A DNA stretch of 64,000 nt from Candidatus Poribacteria bacterium (lineage in GTDB: Bacteria > Poribacteria > WGA-4E > WGA-3G), in NCBI GenBank assembly GCA_965242965.1, contig OZ251518.1, positions 768,001 to 832,000 of the forward strand. Reading direction: 5' to 3'. The translations under genes were made by a program, and so were the position numbers. A model generated the notes under the pieces. The model saw only the letters and a program-made list of their open reading frames with translations. It was not told the DNA's origin and made no database searches. Below are positions 37,911 through 47,549 of the stretch, piece by piece; position 1 is the first letter of the stretch, and each line of letters starts with the position of its first letter.

Positions 37911-40316
37911 ATGTCCAGTAACGTGCAAGAAATTGAAATTCTCACTGCAGACGATGCCGAACTGATGCGCATCAGCCGCGAAGGCACGCTGTCACTAAAC
38001 CTTACCGAAATGCAGGCGATTCAGTCTCACTTTCGCGCATTGGAACGCAAACCCACCGATGTCGAGATAGAGACGCTCGCGCAAACCTGGTCAGAACATT
38101 GCGTTCACAAAACCTTCAAAAGCATCATTCATTATACCGAACCCGGTAAAGCACCGGAACGAATCGATGGCTTGTTCCCGACGTTCATCCAACGCGCGAC
38201 GGAAGAAATAGACAAGCCGTGGTGTGTCTCTGTCTTTTCGGACAACGCCGGCATCATCGAATTTGATGACACCTATAACCTCGTCTTTAAGGTAGAAACG
38301 CATAACCACCCTTCTGCAATTGAGCCGTATGGCGGCGCGGGCACCGGTATCGGGGGTGTGATTCGCGATTCACTCGGCACTGGCCTGGGCGCGAAGCCGA
38401 TTTTGAACACCGATGTCTTCTGCTTCGGATTGCCGGATACGCCGGACGATGAATTGCCGAAAGGCACGCTCCATCCGAAACGTGTCTTTAAAGGAGTCGT
38501 CGCTGGCGTGCGCGATTACGGCAACCGGATGGGGATTCCCACGGCGAACGGCGCGATTTTATTTGACGAAGGCTACACGGCGAACCCCCTTGTCTTCTGC
38601 GGCAACGTCGGATTAATTCCCAAAAATAGATGCGAGAAATCGGTTGAACCGGGGGATCTCGTCGTCGCTATCGGTGGGCAAACCGGGCGCGACGGCATCC
38701 ACGGCGCGACGTTCTCCTCCGCCGAATTGGACGATACTTCTGAAAGCCTCGGCAGCGTCGTCCAAATCGGCAATCCTATCATGGAGAAGAAAATCGTTGA
38801 CGCGTTGTTACAGGCGCGCGACCGGAATCTCTATCGTTCCATCACCGATTGCGGCGCGGGAGGTTTTTCTTCTGCTGTCGGTGAGATGGGGCAAGATACC
38901 GGGGCGGAGGTGCATTTAGAACGAGTCTCCCTCAAATACGCAGGGCTCGCGCCGTGGGAGATCTGGTTATCCGAAGCGCAGGAACGAATGGTAGTCGCTG
39001 TGCCGCCGGAAAACCTTGAAGAATTGATGCAAATTTGCGAGGCAGAAGTCGTTGAGGCGACAGTCCTCGGCACGTTCACCGATACGCACAAACTCCAAGT
39101 TTTCTATGAAGGCGCGCTCGTCGCGGATTTGGACATGGAATTCCTGCACAACGGTATTCCGCAGCCTATCAAAGAAGCGGTGTGGGAACCCAAGTCCCCC
39201 GCATCCTCTGTCGATCCGATTTGTAACAGCGCGATGGCGAGTTCGACAGAAACCCTCTGTCGCCTCCTCGCGAGTCCAAACATCGCCAGCAAGGAGAGCG
39301 TTATCCGACAGTATGACCACGAGGTGCAGGGCAGCATCGTGCTGAAACCGCTTGTCGGCGTGGAAAACGATGGCCCGAGCGACGCGTGTATCGCCACTCC
39401 TGTCCTAGGCAGTCGGCAAGGCGTTATCGTTGCCAACGGTATCAACCCGAAATATAGCGCGATCGATCCCTATCATAGTGCCGCCGCTGCTATTGACGAG
39501 GCACTGCGTAATGTCATCGCTGTCGGGGGAACGCTTGAGAAAACGGCGTTACTAGACAATTTCTGTTGGGGTAATCCTGATAAACCAGACCGGCTCGGCG
39601 AATTAGTCCGCGCGGCGAGAGCGTGTTACGACATCGCCACCGCCTACGGCACGCCTTTCATCTCCGGCAAGGACAGTCTCTACAACGAATACCGCGACAC
39701 GACAACGGGGGAGCAACGCGCTATTCCTGCAACCTTGCTCATCTCCGCTATTTGTGTTATTGAGGATGTCAACCGTGCCATCACGATGGATGTGAAATCT
39801 CCCGGCAACGCCATCTACATCGTCGGTAACACCTATCCGGAACTCGGCGGTTCACATTACAGCGCGTTATTGGGGACGGCGGTTCTGCAGGACGCGCCCA
39901 TCGTCAGGCCAGACGAAGGTAAGTTAACGATGGAGACGCTCAGCACCGTCATTGATGATGGCTTGGTGCGTTCCTGCCACGACTGTTCCGAAGGCGGCAT
40001 CGGCGTTGCGGCGGCTGAGATGGCGTTCGCCGGCGGATACGGCATGCACCTCAACCTTACCCACATCCCCGTAAGAGAGCTCCCGGGTCTCGACAACGAT
40101 GTCCGCCTATTTTCAGAATCACAGAGCCGCTTTCTCGTGGAAATTGAACCGCAACACCGGGAAGTTTTTGAAACTCGCATGGCAAGCGTGCCGATAGGAT
40201 GCCTCGGTTCCGTTACAGAAGGCGAGGCATTTATTGTCAATGGTGTAAAAGGGGAGCGTATTATTGAAACCGCGCTCAGCGTCCTCAAATCCGCGTGGCA
40301 GGGGACACTGCGCTAG
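37911..40316 (+). CDS. purL: Phosphoribosylformylglycinamidine synthase subunit PurL
   Basis: WSEHCVHK, KVETHNHPSAIEP, TGRDGIHGA, DCGAGG, SEAQERM, SGKDS and HDCSEGG. Confidence 0.97.
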   Translation: MSSNVQEIEILTADDAELMRISREGTLSLNLTEMQAIQSHFRALERKPTDVEIETLAQTWSEHCVHKTFKSIIHYTEPGKAPERIDGLFPTFIQRATEEIDKPWCVSVFSDNAGIIEFDDTYNLVFKVETHNHPSAIEPYGGAGTGIGGVIRDSLGTGLGAKPILNTDVFCFGLPDTPDDELPKGTLHPKRVFKGVVAGVRDYGNRMGIPTANGAILFDEGYTANPLVFCGNVGLIPKNRCEKSVEPGDLVVAIGGQTGRDGIHGATFSSAELDDTSESLGSVVQIGNPIMEKKIVDALLQARDRNLYRSITDCGAGGFSSAVGEMGQDTGAEVHLERVSLKYAGLAPWEIWLSEAQERMVVAVPPENLEELMQICEAEVVEATVLGTFTDTHKLQVFYEGALVADLDMEFLHNGIPQPIKEAVWEPKSPASSVDPICNSAMASSTETLCRLLASPNIASKESVIRQYDHEVQGSIVLKPLVGVENDGPSDACIATPVLGSRQGVIVANGINPKYSAIDPYHSAAAAIDEALRNVIAVGGTLEKTALLDNFCWGNPDKPDRLGELVRAARACYDIATAYGTPFISGKDSLYNEYRDTTTGEQRAIPATLLISAICVIEDVNRAITMDVKSPGNAIYIVGNTYPELGGSHYSALLGTAVLQDAPIVRPDEGKLTMETLSTVIDDGLVRSCHDCSEGGIGVAAAEMAFAGGYGMHLNLTHIPVRELPGLDNDVRLFSESQSRFLVEIEPQHREVFETRMASVPIGCLGSVTEGEAFIVNGVKGERIIETALSVLKSAWQGTLR

Positions 40317-40334
40317 GTAGACAAGGAAACGAAA

Positions 40335-41171
40335 ATGAAAAAACCGAAAGTGCTTATCTTACGCACGGCGGGGACGAACTGCGATGCCGAAACCGATGCC
40401 GCTTTCCGACTTGCCGGTGCAGAAACTGCCTTAGTCCACATCCAACACCTTATTGATTCTGTAGGCGGAACCTCCCCGTCGCGAGTTCTTTTGTCGGATT
40501 ATCAAATCTTGGCGATTCCCGGCGGTTTCTCCTATGGAGACGATATTTCCGCCGGTATTCTCCTCGCGACAGAGATGAAGCACAAACTCACGGATACCCT
40601 CACGCAATTCATCGCCGATGGCAAACTCATCATCGGGATATGCAACGGGTTTCAGGTGCTGGTAAAAGCGGGACTGCTCCCGAAAGCCGCCCCGGTAGGC
40701 GCGGTTTCCAAACTTAAGGGTAAGGACGAATGTGCATATCCTCCCGAAATGTCACAACAAGCCACCTTGGCAATGAATACCTCCGCCAGATTCGAGTGCC
40801 GCTGGGTAACACTGGAGACGCAGCAGAGCCCGTGCGTCTTTACGAGAGGTATCAAACAGCGTATCTATCTCCCGGTTGCGCACGCCGAGGGCAGATTCAC
40901 TGCGCCGCCGGGGGTGATGGCGCAAATGGAAGCGAATCGGCAGGTTGTCTTCCGCTATGCGTCTGCCGAGTATCCGTGCAACCCCAACGGTTCCGATGCG
41001 AATATTGCCGGCATTTGCGATGCGACGGGGCGCATTTTCGGCATGATGCCGCATCCCGAACGGTTCCTCACCAAATGGAACCATCCTCGCTGGACGCGCG
41101 AAAATCTCCCGGAAGAAGGCGATGGCGTGGCGATTTTCAAAAACGCTGTCAATTACGCACGAACTTCGTAG
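40335..41171 (+). CDS. purQ: Phosphoribosylformylglycinamidine synthase subunit PurQ
   Basis: GTNCD, PGGFSYGD, GICNGFQ, AHAEG, NPNGS and MMPHPER. Confidence 0.97.
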   Translation: MKKPKVLILRTAGTNCDAETDAAFRLAGAETALVHIQHLIDSVGGTSPSRVLLSDYQILAIPGGFSYGDDISAGILLATEMKHKLTDTLTQFIADGKLIIGICNGFQVLVKAGLLPKAAPVGAVSKLKGKDECAYPPEMSQQATLAMNTSARFECRWVTLETQQSPCVFTRGIKQRIYLPVAHAEGRFTAPPGVMAQMEANRQVVFRYASAEYPCNPNGSDANIAGICDATGRIFGMMPHPERFLTKWNHPRWTRENLPEEGDGVAIFKNAVNYARTS

Positions 41172-41177
41172 TCAATT

Positions 41178-41640
41178 GAGAGGGTTTCATAACTCAAGAA
41201 ACCGTCCGGTTACCGTAGCGCGGGGGCCCTCGGATGCCACACGCGCATCCGAGCGGGTTTCCCCCGCGAGCGTCCCGTAGGAGAGCTCTCCCGGTCTCGA
41301 TGCAATAGACTCGTTCGGGTGCAGGCGCACCCGAACTACGGTCTTTTCCAAGGTCTGGGCACGGCGAGGGACAGGCCCTCGCCCTACGGTAAAGCGTGGC
41401 GTTTTTTTACCGTAGCGCGGGGGCCCTCGGATGCCACACGCGCATCCGAGCGGGTTTCCCCCGCGAGCGTCCCGTAGGGGAGCTCTCCCGGTCTTGATGC
41501 AATAGACTCGTTCGGGTGCAGGCGCACCCGAACTACGGTCTTTTCCAAAGTCCAGGCACGGCGAGGGACAGGCCCTCGCCCTACGGTAAAGCGTGGCGTT
41601 TTTTTACCGTAGCGCGGGGGCCTGTCCCCCGCGAGCGTCC
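41178..41640. repeat. REP mosaic with a 197-bp tandem duplication
   Basis: Units start at 41212, 41409 and 41606 (partial); left end gagagggtttcataa. Confidence 0.9.
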
Positions 41641-41656
41641 CGAGAATATAAAAAAC

Positions 41657-42091
41657 ATGAGCCACAAATTAACCCGCAGTCTCCTCCCTTTCTATATGAA
41701 ACTCCCTGTCTTTTGGGCGTTCATCGTTGTGTCGCTGCTGGGGCAGTTGCTCTGGATAGCCATCGTCTCGCAAGACCCGAGGATCGATCTGCGGTGGGCG
41801 ATTTTTGGGTATGCCCTAGGCGTAATCCTCGGCTTTATGCAGGGAGAGTGGAACGCGCGGCTGTGGCAACGTTCCTATCTACAAGTTTTGAAACGGCAGT
41901 TAACCTTCTGGGAAGCGAGAGGCGCGAAAGGCTTAACATGTTATACCTGCCTCGCGCTCGGGCTGCCGATTGTGGCGAGTGTCTTTATCCGTTCGACCGA
42001 GGCGTTGGTGGGCATCCAATCCTACGTTTTCGGCTTCGTCGGCGCGATGAATGTGGCGTTGCTGTTGTGGGTGCGGCAAATTCCGAAGTAG
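41657..42091 (+). CDS. Hypothetical membrane protein (about 4 TM)
   Basis: Hydrophobic ORF. The upstream extension in the ORF track is repeat-derived. Confidence 0.7.
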   Translation: MSHKLTRSLLPFYMKLPVFWAFIVVSLLGQLLWIAIVSQDPRIDLRWAIFGYALGVILGFMQGEWNARLWQRSYLQVLKRQLTFWEARGAKGLTCYTCLALGLPIVASVFIRSTEALVGIQSYVFGFVGAMNVALLLWVRQIPK

Positions 42092-42098
42092 TGGACAA

Positions 42099-43820
42099 AT
42101 GAACCTTGATAAAAACCAGCGAAAAGCCGTGAACCACCTCGCAGGCCCCGCCATCGTCGTCGCTGGGCCTGGGAGTGGGAAAACCACGGTCATCACCGAA
42201 CGTATCCTGAAACTCATCCACGCGCGCGATGTGCCGTCATCGGACATCCTCGCCATCGCCTTTAATAAGCAAGCGGTTGAAGAGATGGAGAACCGCGTCT
42301 CGGCGAGAAGTGCCGTTCCGGTTACCATCCGCACGCTGCACGCGTTTGGCAAAGATATTGTGATGGCGCACTACAAACGCGCCGGATTTGAAAGCCGCCC
42401 AGAAATTTGGGCTTCGCAGATCGACCAGGTTATTCTGGAAGAGCGGCGACAACTAGCGCGCGAAGCCGCTAATGCCAGCGTTGCTATCTATAAAATCGAA
42501 TGCAAGGCTACTGGGAAGTGTTACATCGGGCAATCGATGAACCCGAAACGCCGGAGAATTGAACACTTCAGTCACTCCTCAAACGATAGGCTTCGGCAAG
42601 CCATCCGTGCTAGGGGGACGAATAGTTTCGATTTTGAGGTGCTGGAGTGGGTTGCCGGGCGCGCTGCAAACCGCCGCGAGGCGCATTGGATTTCGGTTTA
42701 CAGAAACCGTTCCGGTGTATTCAATCGCGCCGATCCGTTGCGCGAACGATATAGCAATCAACTCATGCTGGAGATGTTCTGCCAGCATTTCGGCATCGTT
42801 TATACCGCACATCTTGATAAAGAGCCCGATTTTGAGGATCTTCGCGCCCAGTTTGACACGATAAAAGAGAAGGTAATGCTCGCCAAACGGCAGGTTGAAA
42901 CCGGGCTGTTCGACCCGAGTTCTCTCGCTGACCGGGTCGCCCGCGTCTTCGCCGAAAAATACGAGAACGTCAAAACAGAAGCGAACGCCATTGACTTTGA
43001 GGACATGCTTATCTACGCTGCGAACCTCCTTGAAACTTGCCCTGATTTACGCGAGATTTACGTGGATAAATATCCGTATGTGTTGGTGGATGAGTTTCAG
43101 GATATCGCGCCCACCGATTTCCGTATTATTTCGCTGTTATCTGAGAATCTGTTTGCAGTCGGTGACGATGACCAGGCGATTTACGGCTTCCGCGGCGGCG
43201 ATTCGACGATTATGCAAGCGTTCGCGAACCGCCGCGATGTGAAAAAATATGAAATCACGCGCAATTACCGTTCCACGTCTACCATCGTTGAGCATGCCCG
43301 GGGCTTAATTGAGAGAAACGTGCCGCGCATCAGGAAAAACCTCCGTGCCCAAAATCCGAGACAATTCCAGATAAAATCCGTGGAGACGACACCTGAAACG
43401 CTCGCCGAAGTCCTATTAGCAGAATTGGCAGTGCCGCGGGAGACAGCCATCCTTGCGCGCACCAACTACGAAGTCGGTGAAATCAAACAGATTCTCCGCC
43501 GCTCGGGCATCCAAAGCGCGCACACCGACTTGATCGAGATAACCACTATCCACAAAGCGAAAGGACGTGAATACGAGCGAGTGATTCTCGTCCAAAACAC
43601 GCTTGGGCGGTATTTCCCGCGTCGTGACGATGATATTGAAGAGGAACGGCGCGAACGGCGCGTCTTCTACGTCGCGACGACACGCGCGAAGCGAGAATTA
43701 GTTGTGCTTGGCGGGAATTACCTGTTCATATCGGAGTTTACGGATATCCGTAAAAATGTGGGATATTACCTGCGGCAGTTTGCGTATTGGCGCGCGAGGC
43801 GGAAATTGGAGAAGGGTTAG
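42099..43820 (+). CDS. UvrD/Rep-family helicase with an internal GIY-YIG nuclease domain
   Basis: AGPGSGKT, TLHAF, DEFQD, VGDDDQAIYGFRG, NYRS, TIHKAKGREY and YVATTRAK. Insert AIYKI...CYIGQS..KRR..H...REAHWI. Confidence 0.9.
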   Translation: MNLDKNQRKAVNHLAGPAIVVAGPGSGKTTVITERILKLIHARDVPSSDILAIAFNKQAVEEMENRVSARSAVPVTIRTLHAFGKDIVMAHYKRAGFESRPEIWASQIDQVILEERRQLAREAANASVAIYKIECKATGKCYIGQSMNPKRRRIEHFSHSSNDRLRQAIRARGTNSFDFEVLEWVAGRAANRREAHWISVYRNRSGVFNRADPLRERYSNQLMLEMFCQHFGIVYTAHLDKEPDFEDLRAQFDTIKEKVMLAKRQVETGLFDPSSLADRVARVFAEKYENVKTEANAIDFEDMLIYAANLLETCPDLREIYVDKYPYVLVDEFQDIAPTDFRIISLLSENLFAVGDDDQAIYGFRGGDSTIMQAFANRRDVKKYEITRNYRSTSTIVEHARGLIERNVPRIRKNLRAQNPRQFQIKSVETTPETLAEVLLAELAVPRETAILARTNYEVGEIKQILRRSGIQSAHTDLIEITTIHKAKGREYERVILVQNTLGRYFPRRDDDIEEERRERRVFYVATTRAKRELVVLGGNYLFISEFTDIRKNVGYYLRQFAYWRARRKLEKG

Positions 43821-43825
43821 GTTAG

Positions 43826-44150
43826 TCGCGGGGGACAGGCCCCCGCGCTACGGTAAAAATAACGCCGCCCTTTCACCGTAGGGCGAGGGCCTGTCCCTCG
43901 CCATCGTTCGCGCTACGGAAAAAACGTCTCTCCTTTCTCTTCAGGTCCTAAAGGACCTAAGAACGATGTCCGAAAAAACGGCGCGCGCGGTACCGTAGGG
44001 CGAGGGCCTGTCCCTCGCCATCGTTCATGTACGCGCACTCCAACGATCGCGGGGGACAGGCCCCCGCGCTACGGGCGAAGAAAAGCCCTACGGAAAAATC
44101 AAGACCAGGAGGTCTCTCCTACCGAACGCATCAAAATATGAAACACCCTC
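43826..44150. repeat. REP mosaic with one inverted terminus
   Basis: GTAG hairpins; end tatgaaacaccctc. Confidence 0.85.
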
Positions 44151-44360
44151 GGTTAAGTATCACACGCTGCGAAAAAAGATTTGACATTTTGGCAATTTTG
44201 TGGTATACTATATATTATTGAGAATCAGAGAGTAACGCGCAGTTTTTGCTCGCGTCCAAACCCGTAACTTGATGATGGAGATAGTCAATTTGTAGACAGG
44301 ATGTTTTTCCTGACATTCGGTGCTGCAACTCCGGAGAGTTCATTCGCAGGAGATAAAACG

Positions 44361-45671
44361 ATGAAGATTACGCAATTTACAATGGAAGAGGTCCGCTGTT
44401 TTAGCGAACGCCAGACGCTGGAAATTCGGCCCCTCACGTTCCTAGTCGGCGAGAACAGCACCGGCAAGACGACAGCACTCGCGTGTTTCCACGTGTTGGC
44501 AAACTATTTGCGGCGTGAGGGAGTGGATTTTAATTCGCATCCCTATTCGATGGGCACCTTCAAGGACATCGTCAGGAACAGCCGGAAAAAAGAGAAGGCG
44601 TTTAAGTTGGGTATTGCTTATGAACATGCCAACGAAACTGTTGAGTGGACAGTCGAATTTGTCCAAAAAAATGAACGCATTGAACCTGTAGTGAATTCAA
44701 TCGCGATAAAATTCACTGATGGCGAAATCGTTTTTGAAATCGAAGATAAGCACGAAATGCATTCGTGTTTGACTACCTTTGATGAAAAACGAAATCAGTA
44801 CCGAATAGTTTGTAGCCCTGATTTTTCCACACTGCTGGGATTGGGTGTCTTTTTACGTTTTTTAGAAGCACCCGCTGAGGGTAAAATTGCCCTAGAAAAG
44901 TATTTGGCAGCGCGTGAAGGGGCTACAAGCACCCTATACGGGCCGTGGACAATTTGGGAACCCCTCGGTGTATTTAGCACCGCCCCGATTCGCTCTAAAC
45001 CCGAACGCACCTATGATCCGACACGCGAATTCAGCAATCCCGGAGGTAGCGATGTTCCGATGCAGTTGATGCGAATAGCAGCAACTGAAAAAGACGATTG
45101 GCCGGTACTGAAAGAGTTGTTAGTCGAATTTGGCAAGATTTCTGGCTTGTTTCAGAACATAGAGGTAAAGAATCTTGGAGGTTCCTTGGCTAACCCGTTC
45201 CAATTGAAATTCAAAGTCAGGGGCCCTAACGCAAATCTCATTGATGTCGGCTACGGTGTCAGTCAAATTTTGCCGGTTTTGGTGCATATTTTAAATCCTG
45301 AGGTGCTAAGTAGAGTTCGTCCCATTTATAGCACCTACCCGTTTTTCTTGTTACAGCAACCCGAAGTCCACTTGCATCCCCGAGCGCAGGCGGAGTTCAC
45401 CTCGTTACTCGTTCAGTTGGCAAGCACGAGTAACCGGTCGTTCATCATTGAGACGCACAGCGACTATATGATCGATCGGGCGCGCATCGACATCCGAAAG
45501 GGGCACATTCGGCACGAAGACGTGTCCCTCATCTATTTTGAACCGAAACGGAATACCGTCAAGGTGCATAACATCAGTTTTGATGAGATGGGCAACCTAG
45601 TCGGTGTCCCAGCGCATTATCGGGATTTTTTCCTGAAAGAGAGCGACCGGCTCATGGGTTTTGAGGATTAA
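44361..45671 (+). CDS. ABC-like AAA ATPase (AAA_15/AAA_21 type, DUF3696-like C-terminus)
   Basis: GENSTGKT, DVGYGVSQILP, QQPEVHLHP and IETHS. CAGGAG SD. Upstream promoter TTGACA-17-TATACT near 44181-44209. Confidence 0.88.
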   Translation: MKITQFTMEEVRCFSERQTLEIRPLTFLVGENSTGKTTALACFHVLANYLRREGVDFNSHPYSMGTFKDIVRNSRKKEKAFKLGIAYEHANETVEWTVEFVQKNERIEPVVNSIAIKFTDGEIVFEIEDKHEMHSCLTTFDEKRNQYRIVCSPDFSTLLGLGVFLRFLEAPAEGKIALEKYLAAREGATSTLYGPWTIWEPLGVFSTAPIRSKPERTYDPTREFSNPGGSDVPMQLMRIAATEKDDWPVLKELLVEFGKISGLFQNIEVKNLGGSLANPFQLKFKVRGPNANLIDVGYGVSQILPVLVHILNPEVLSRVRPIYSTYPFFLLQQPEVHLHPRAQAEFTSLLVQLASTSNRSFIIETHSDYMIDRARIDIRKGHIRHEDVSLIYFEPKRNTVKVHNISFDEMGNLVGVPAHYRDFFLKESDRLMGFED

Positions 45672-45674
45672 ACG

Positions 45675-46040
45675 ATGGACATTATTTTAGATGCCGACAC
45701 TTTTCAGCAATTCATGGATGCGGACAACGCTGAGATGAAGTTGATTATGCGGAAGTGGTTATTTAAACGGAACGGCAAGATCGCTTATTATCCTACGGGG
45801 AAATTGGAACCGGGGAGAAAAAGAGGCGGTCCGGAAGATCTGTGGATGAAGGAGCAAATCCGGGCGGGTAGAGTCCGACAAGCCACACGTGATGAGGTGG
45901 AAAAGGCAGAGAAGGAGGCTTGGGAGGCAACGCGCGAATTGGAAAACTCGCCGGAAATCGTGGCGAGTTTAGCTCGGGCAGAGGCAGATATCAAAGCGGG
46001 GCGGCTCAAGAGCTGGAACGATGTTAAACGCGACGTTTGA
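45675..46040 (+). CDS. Putative antitoxin with a PIN-like N-terminal fragment
   Basis: N-terminus MDIILDA; C-terminus WEATREL...SLARAEADIKAGRLKSW, typical of RelE-binding tails. Overlaps relE. Confidence 0.6.
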   Translation: MDIILDADTFQQFMDADNAEMKLIMRKWLFKRNGKIAYYPTGKLEPGRKRGGPEDLWMKEQIRAGRVRQATRDEVEKAEKEAWEATRELENSPEIVASLARAEADIKAGRLKSWNDVKRDV

Positions 46041-46293
46041 AATTCAACTCACGAACGAAGCCGGCACCCATTACGACAGGCTAGATGACAAGATGAAGCG
46101 GCGCGTCAACAAAGCGTTTGATATGTTAATGGAGGATCCTTTTTTCGGAAATAATATCAAGAAGCTTAAGGGAAAGCATACGGGACAATACCGTTACCGT
46201 GTCGGTAGTTATCGGATTATTTATAGCATAGACACCGAACGGCGTAAGTGCACTGTCAGCGGCATCCATCGGCGTAAAAGGGCATACCGCTAG
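46021..46293 (+). CDS. RelE/ParE family toxin
   Basis: IKKLKG...YRYRVGSYRIIY...IHRRKRAY. Confidence 0.9.
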   Translation: MLNATFEIQLTNEAGTHYDRLDDKMKRRVNKAFDMLMEDPFFGNNIKKLKGKHTGQYRYRVGSYRIIYSIDTERRKCTVSGIHRRKRAYR

Positions 46294-46364
46294 GTGCAAC
46301 ATGTTTCTCGTTGGCATGTCTGCGGAAGATTTTCCGTTTTTTGGGAATTTCCAGAGAAAAAACT

Positions 46365-46393
46365 TTGACATGTATCCACATTTAGTGTATAAT
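46365..46393 (+). promoter_or_regulatory. Consensus sigma70 promoter TTGACA-17-TATAAT (copy 1)
   Basis: Perfect boxes, embedded in a duplicated block. Confidence 0.85.
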
Positions 46394-46485
46394 TAACATC
46401 AACATCATTCGGTTTCCGGTCGCCCCAACACGCGGTTCAAAAGGGGTTTGCACACCTGTCGCATCCCCAACCGATTGAAGAGGAG

Positions 46486-46782
46486 GTGCATGTTGTGAGA
46501 TTATCAGAAGACAAACAGGTCGTCGGGGCTCTCAATCAAATTCTGGAGGAGTATCCTTATCTAGAATATGATGAACAGCGGCCTCAACGCGATAGCAGTT
46601 TTGGCGGCCTCCATATTAAGGTCCGTCCAAAAGCGGAACGTAATGTTCAGGTTATCTGGGACATTCGTGAAAAATTAAAGCGCGCCACTCACCGGGACTA
46701 TTTTTTCACCTACGGCGGCAGCTATTCGGGCGCGGATAATCTTGATGCGGCCTGGACATATTTCACCTTGCGGGAATTCTAG
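46486..46782 (+). CDS. Hypothetical protein
   Basis: GAGGAGG SD (start GTG at 46486 or 46495), downstream of a consensus promoter. Confidence 0.65.
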   Translation: MHVVRLSEDKQVVGALNQILEEYPYLEYDEQRPQRDSSFGGLHIKVRPKAERNVQVIWDIREKLKRATHRDYFFTYGGSYSGADNLDAAWTYFTLREF

Positions 46783-46796
46783 GACTCGGTGATACA

Positions 46797-46850
46797 AAAT
46801 TAACCCTCAGAGAACTGAAGAAGTCACTCTCGGTCGCTGAGGGTTAATTT
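46797..46850. terminator. Inverted repeat between convergent genes, probable bidirectional terminator
   Basis: aaattaaccctcag ... ctgagggttaattt. Confidence 0.65.
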
Positions 46851-46940
46851 CGCGGCAGATATACCCGTATGTGCAGCCATTATCCGAGTAAATCTGCAAT
46901 TTCGGAAATGTCAAAATTGACGAGGCTACGGAAAAGATGC

Positions 46941-47180
46941 TCAACAATTTTTCAGACTGACGATGAGCGCGATGAGTCCGCTGATAGCCCCAACGAGACT
47001 AAGGACAAGCGTCCAAAGGGAGCGATTCTTTGAAGACGCTTCAGAATGTCCTTCCAATTTCCCTTTATTTTCGATCAACTTTTTCACGTCTTGCTCAATC
47101 ACAGCGAGACGATTTTCAATGCGGTCCATCCACCGAAAAATTATATCCCAAAATTTATTGTCCCCAGAATTATTGTCCAT
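46941..47180 (-). CDS. Small coiled-coil protein with a C-terminal TM helix (79 aa)
   Basis: AAGGAGG SD; own promoter TTGACA-17-TATCCT (47257 to 47229); MDRIENRLAVIEQDVKKL...TM. Confidence 0.7.
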   Translation of the reverse strand: MDNNSGDNKFWDIIFRWMDRIENRLAVIEQDVKKLIENKGKLEGHSEASSKNRSLWTLVLSLVGAISGLIALIVSLKNC

Positions 47181-47318
47181 TATCCCCTCCTTACCAAATA
47201 GCATGCAACTGATGCATGCCTTGGAAAGAGGATACCTTATTCCAGTCCGTTTGTCAAGGCAATTCTGGGGCACGTCTGCGGAAGGATTCCCGTTTTTAGA
47301 GATTTCCAAAGAAAAAAC

Positions 47319-47347
47319 TTGACAATTCATCACGTTTTGCGTATAAT
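47319..47347 (+). promoter_or_regulatory. Consensus sigma70 promoter TTGACA-17-TATAAT (copy 2)
   Basis: Perfect boxes, in the second copy of the duplicated block. Confidence 0.85.
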
Positions 47348-47549
47348 CTACAACATCATTCGGTTTTCGGTTCCCCGCACGCGGCTCAAAAAGGGAACCG
47401 CGCAACCGCCGCACCCACCGGATAACGAAATCATTGTAATAACTCAAGATAGCAAACAGCTATCTCGTCTTTCACTTCCGAGGCAGATGCCTGGGAGGCA
47501 CCCTATACCCGGCAGAGCACCACAGTTTTGCTCCGCCACATTTACAAAT

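Noticed and set aside
42480-42735. Intein or group I intron carrying a homing endonuclease in the helicase
   Set aside because: No C/S...HN-C/S/T splice motifs, the frame is continuous, and the insert is too short for intron or intein scaffolding.
47360-47425. Cobalamin riboswitch (GGTTCC...AAAAGGGAA resemblance)
   Set aside because: The downstream P4/P5 stems and B12 box are not evident, copy 1 lacks GGGAA, and the downstream genes are unrelated to B12.
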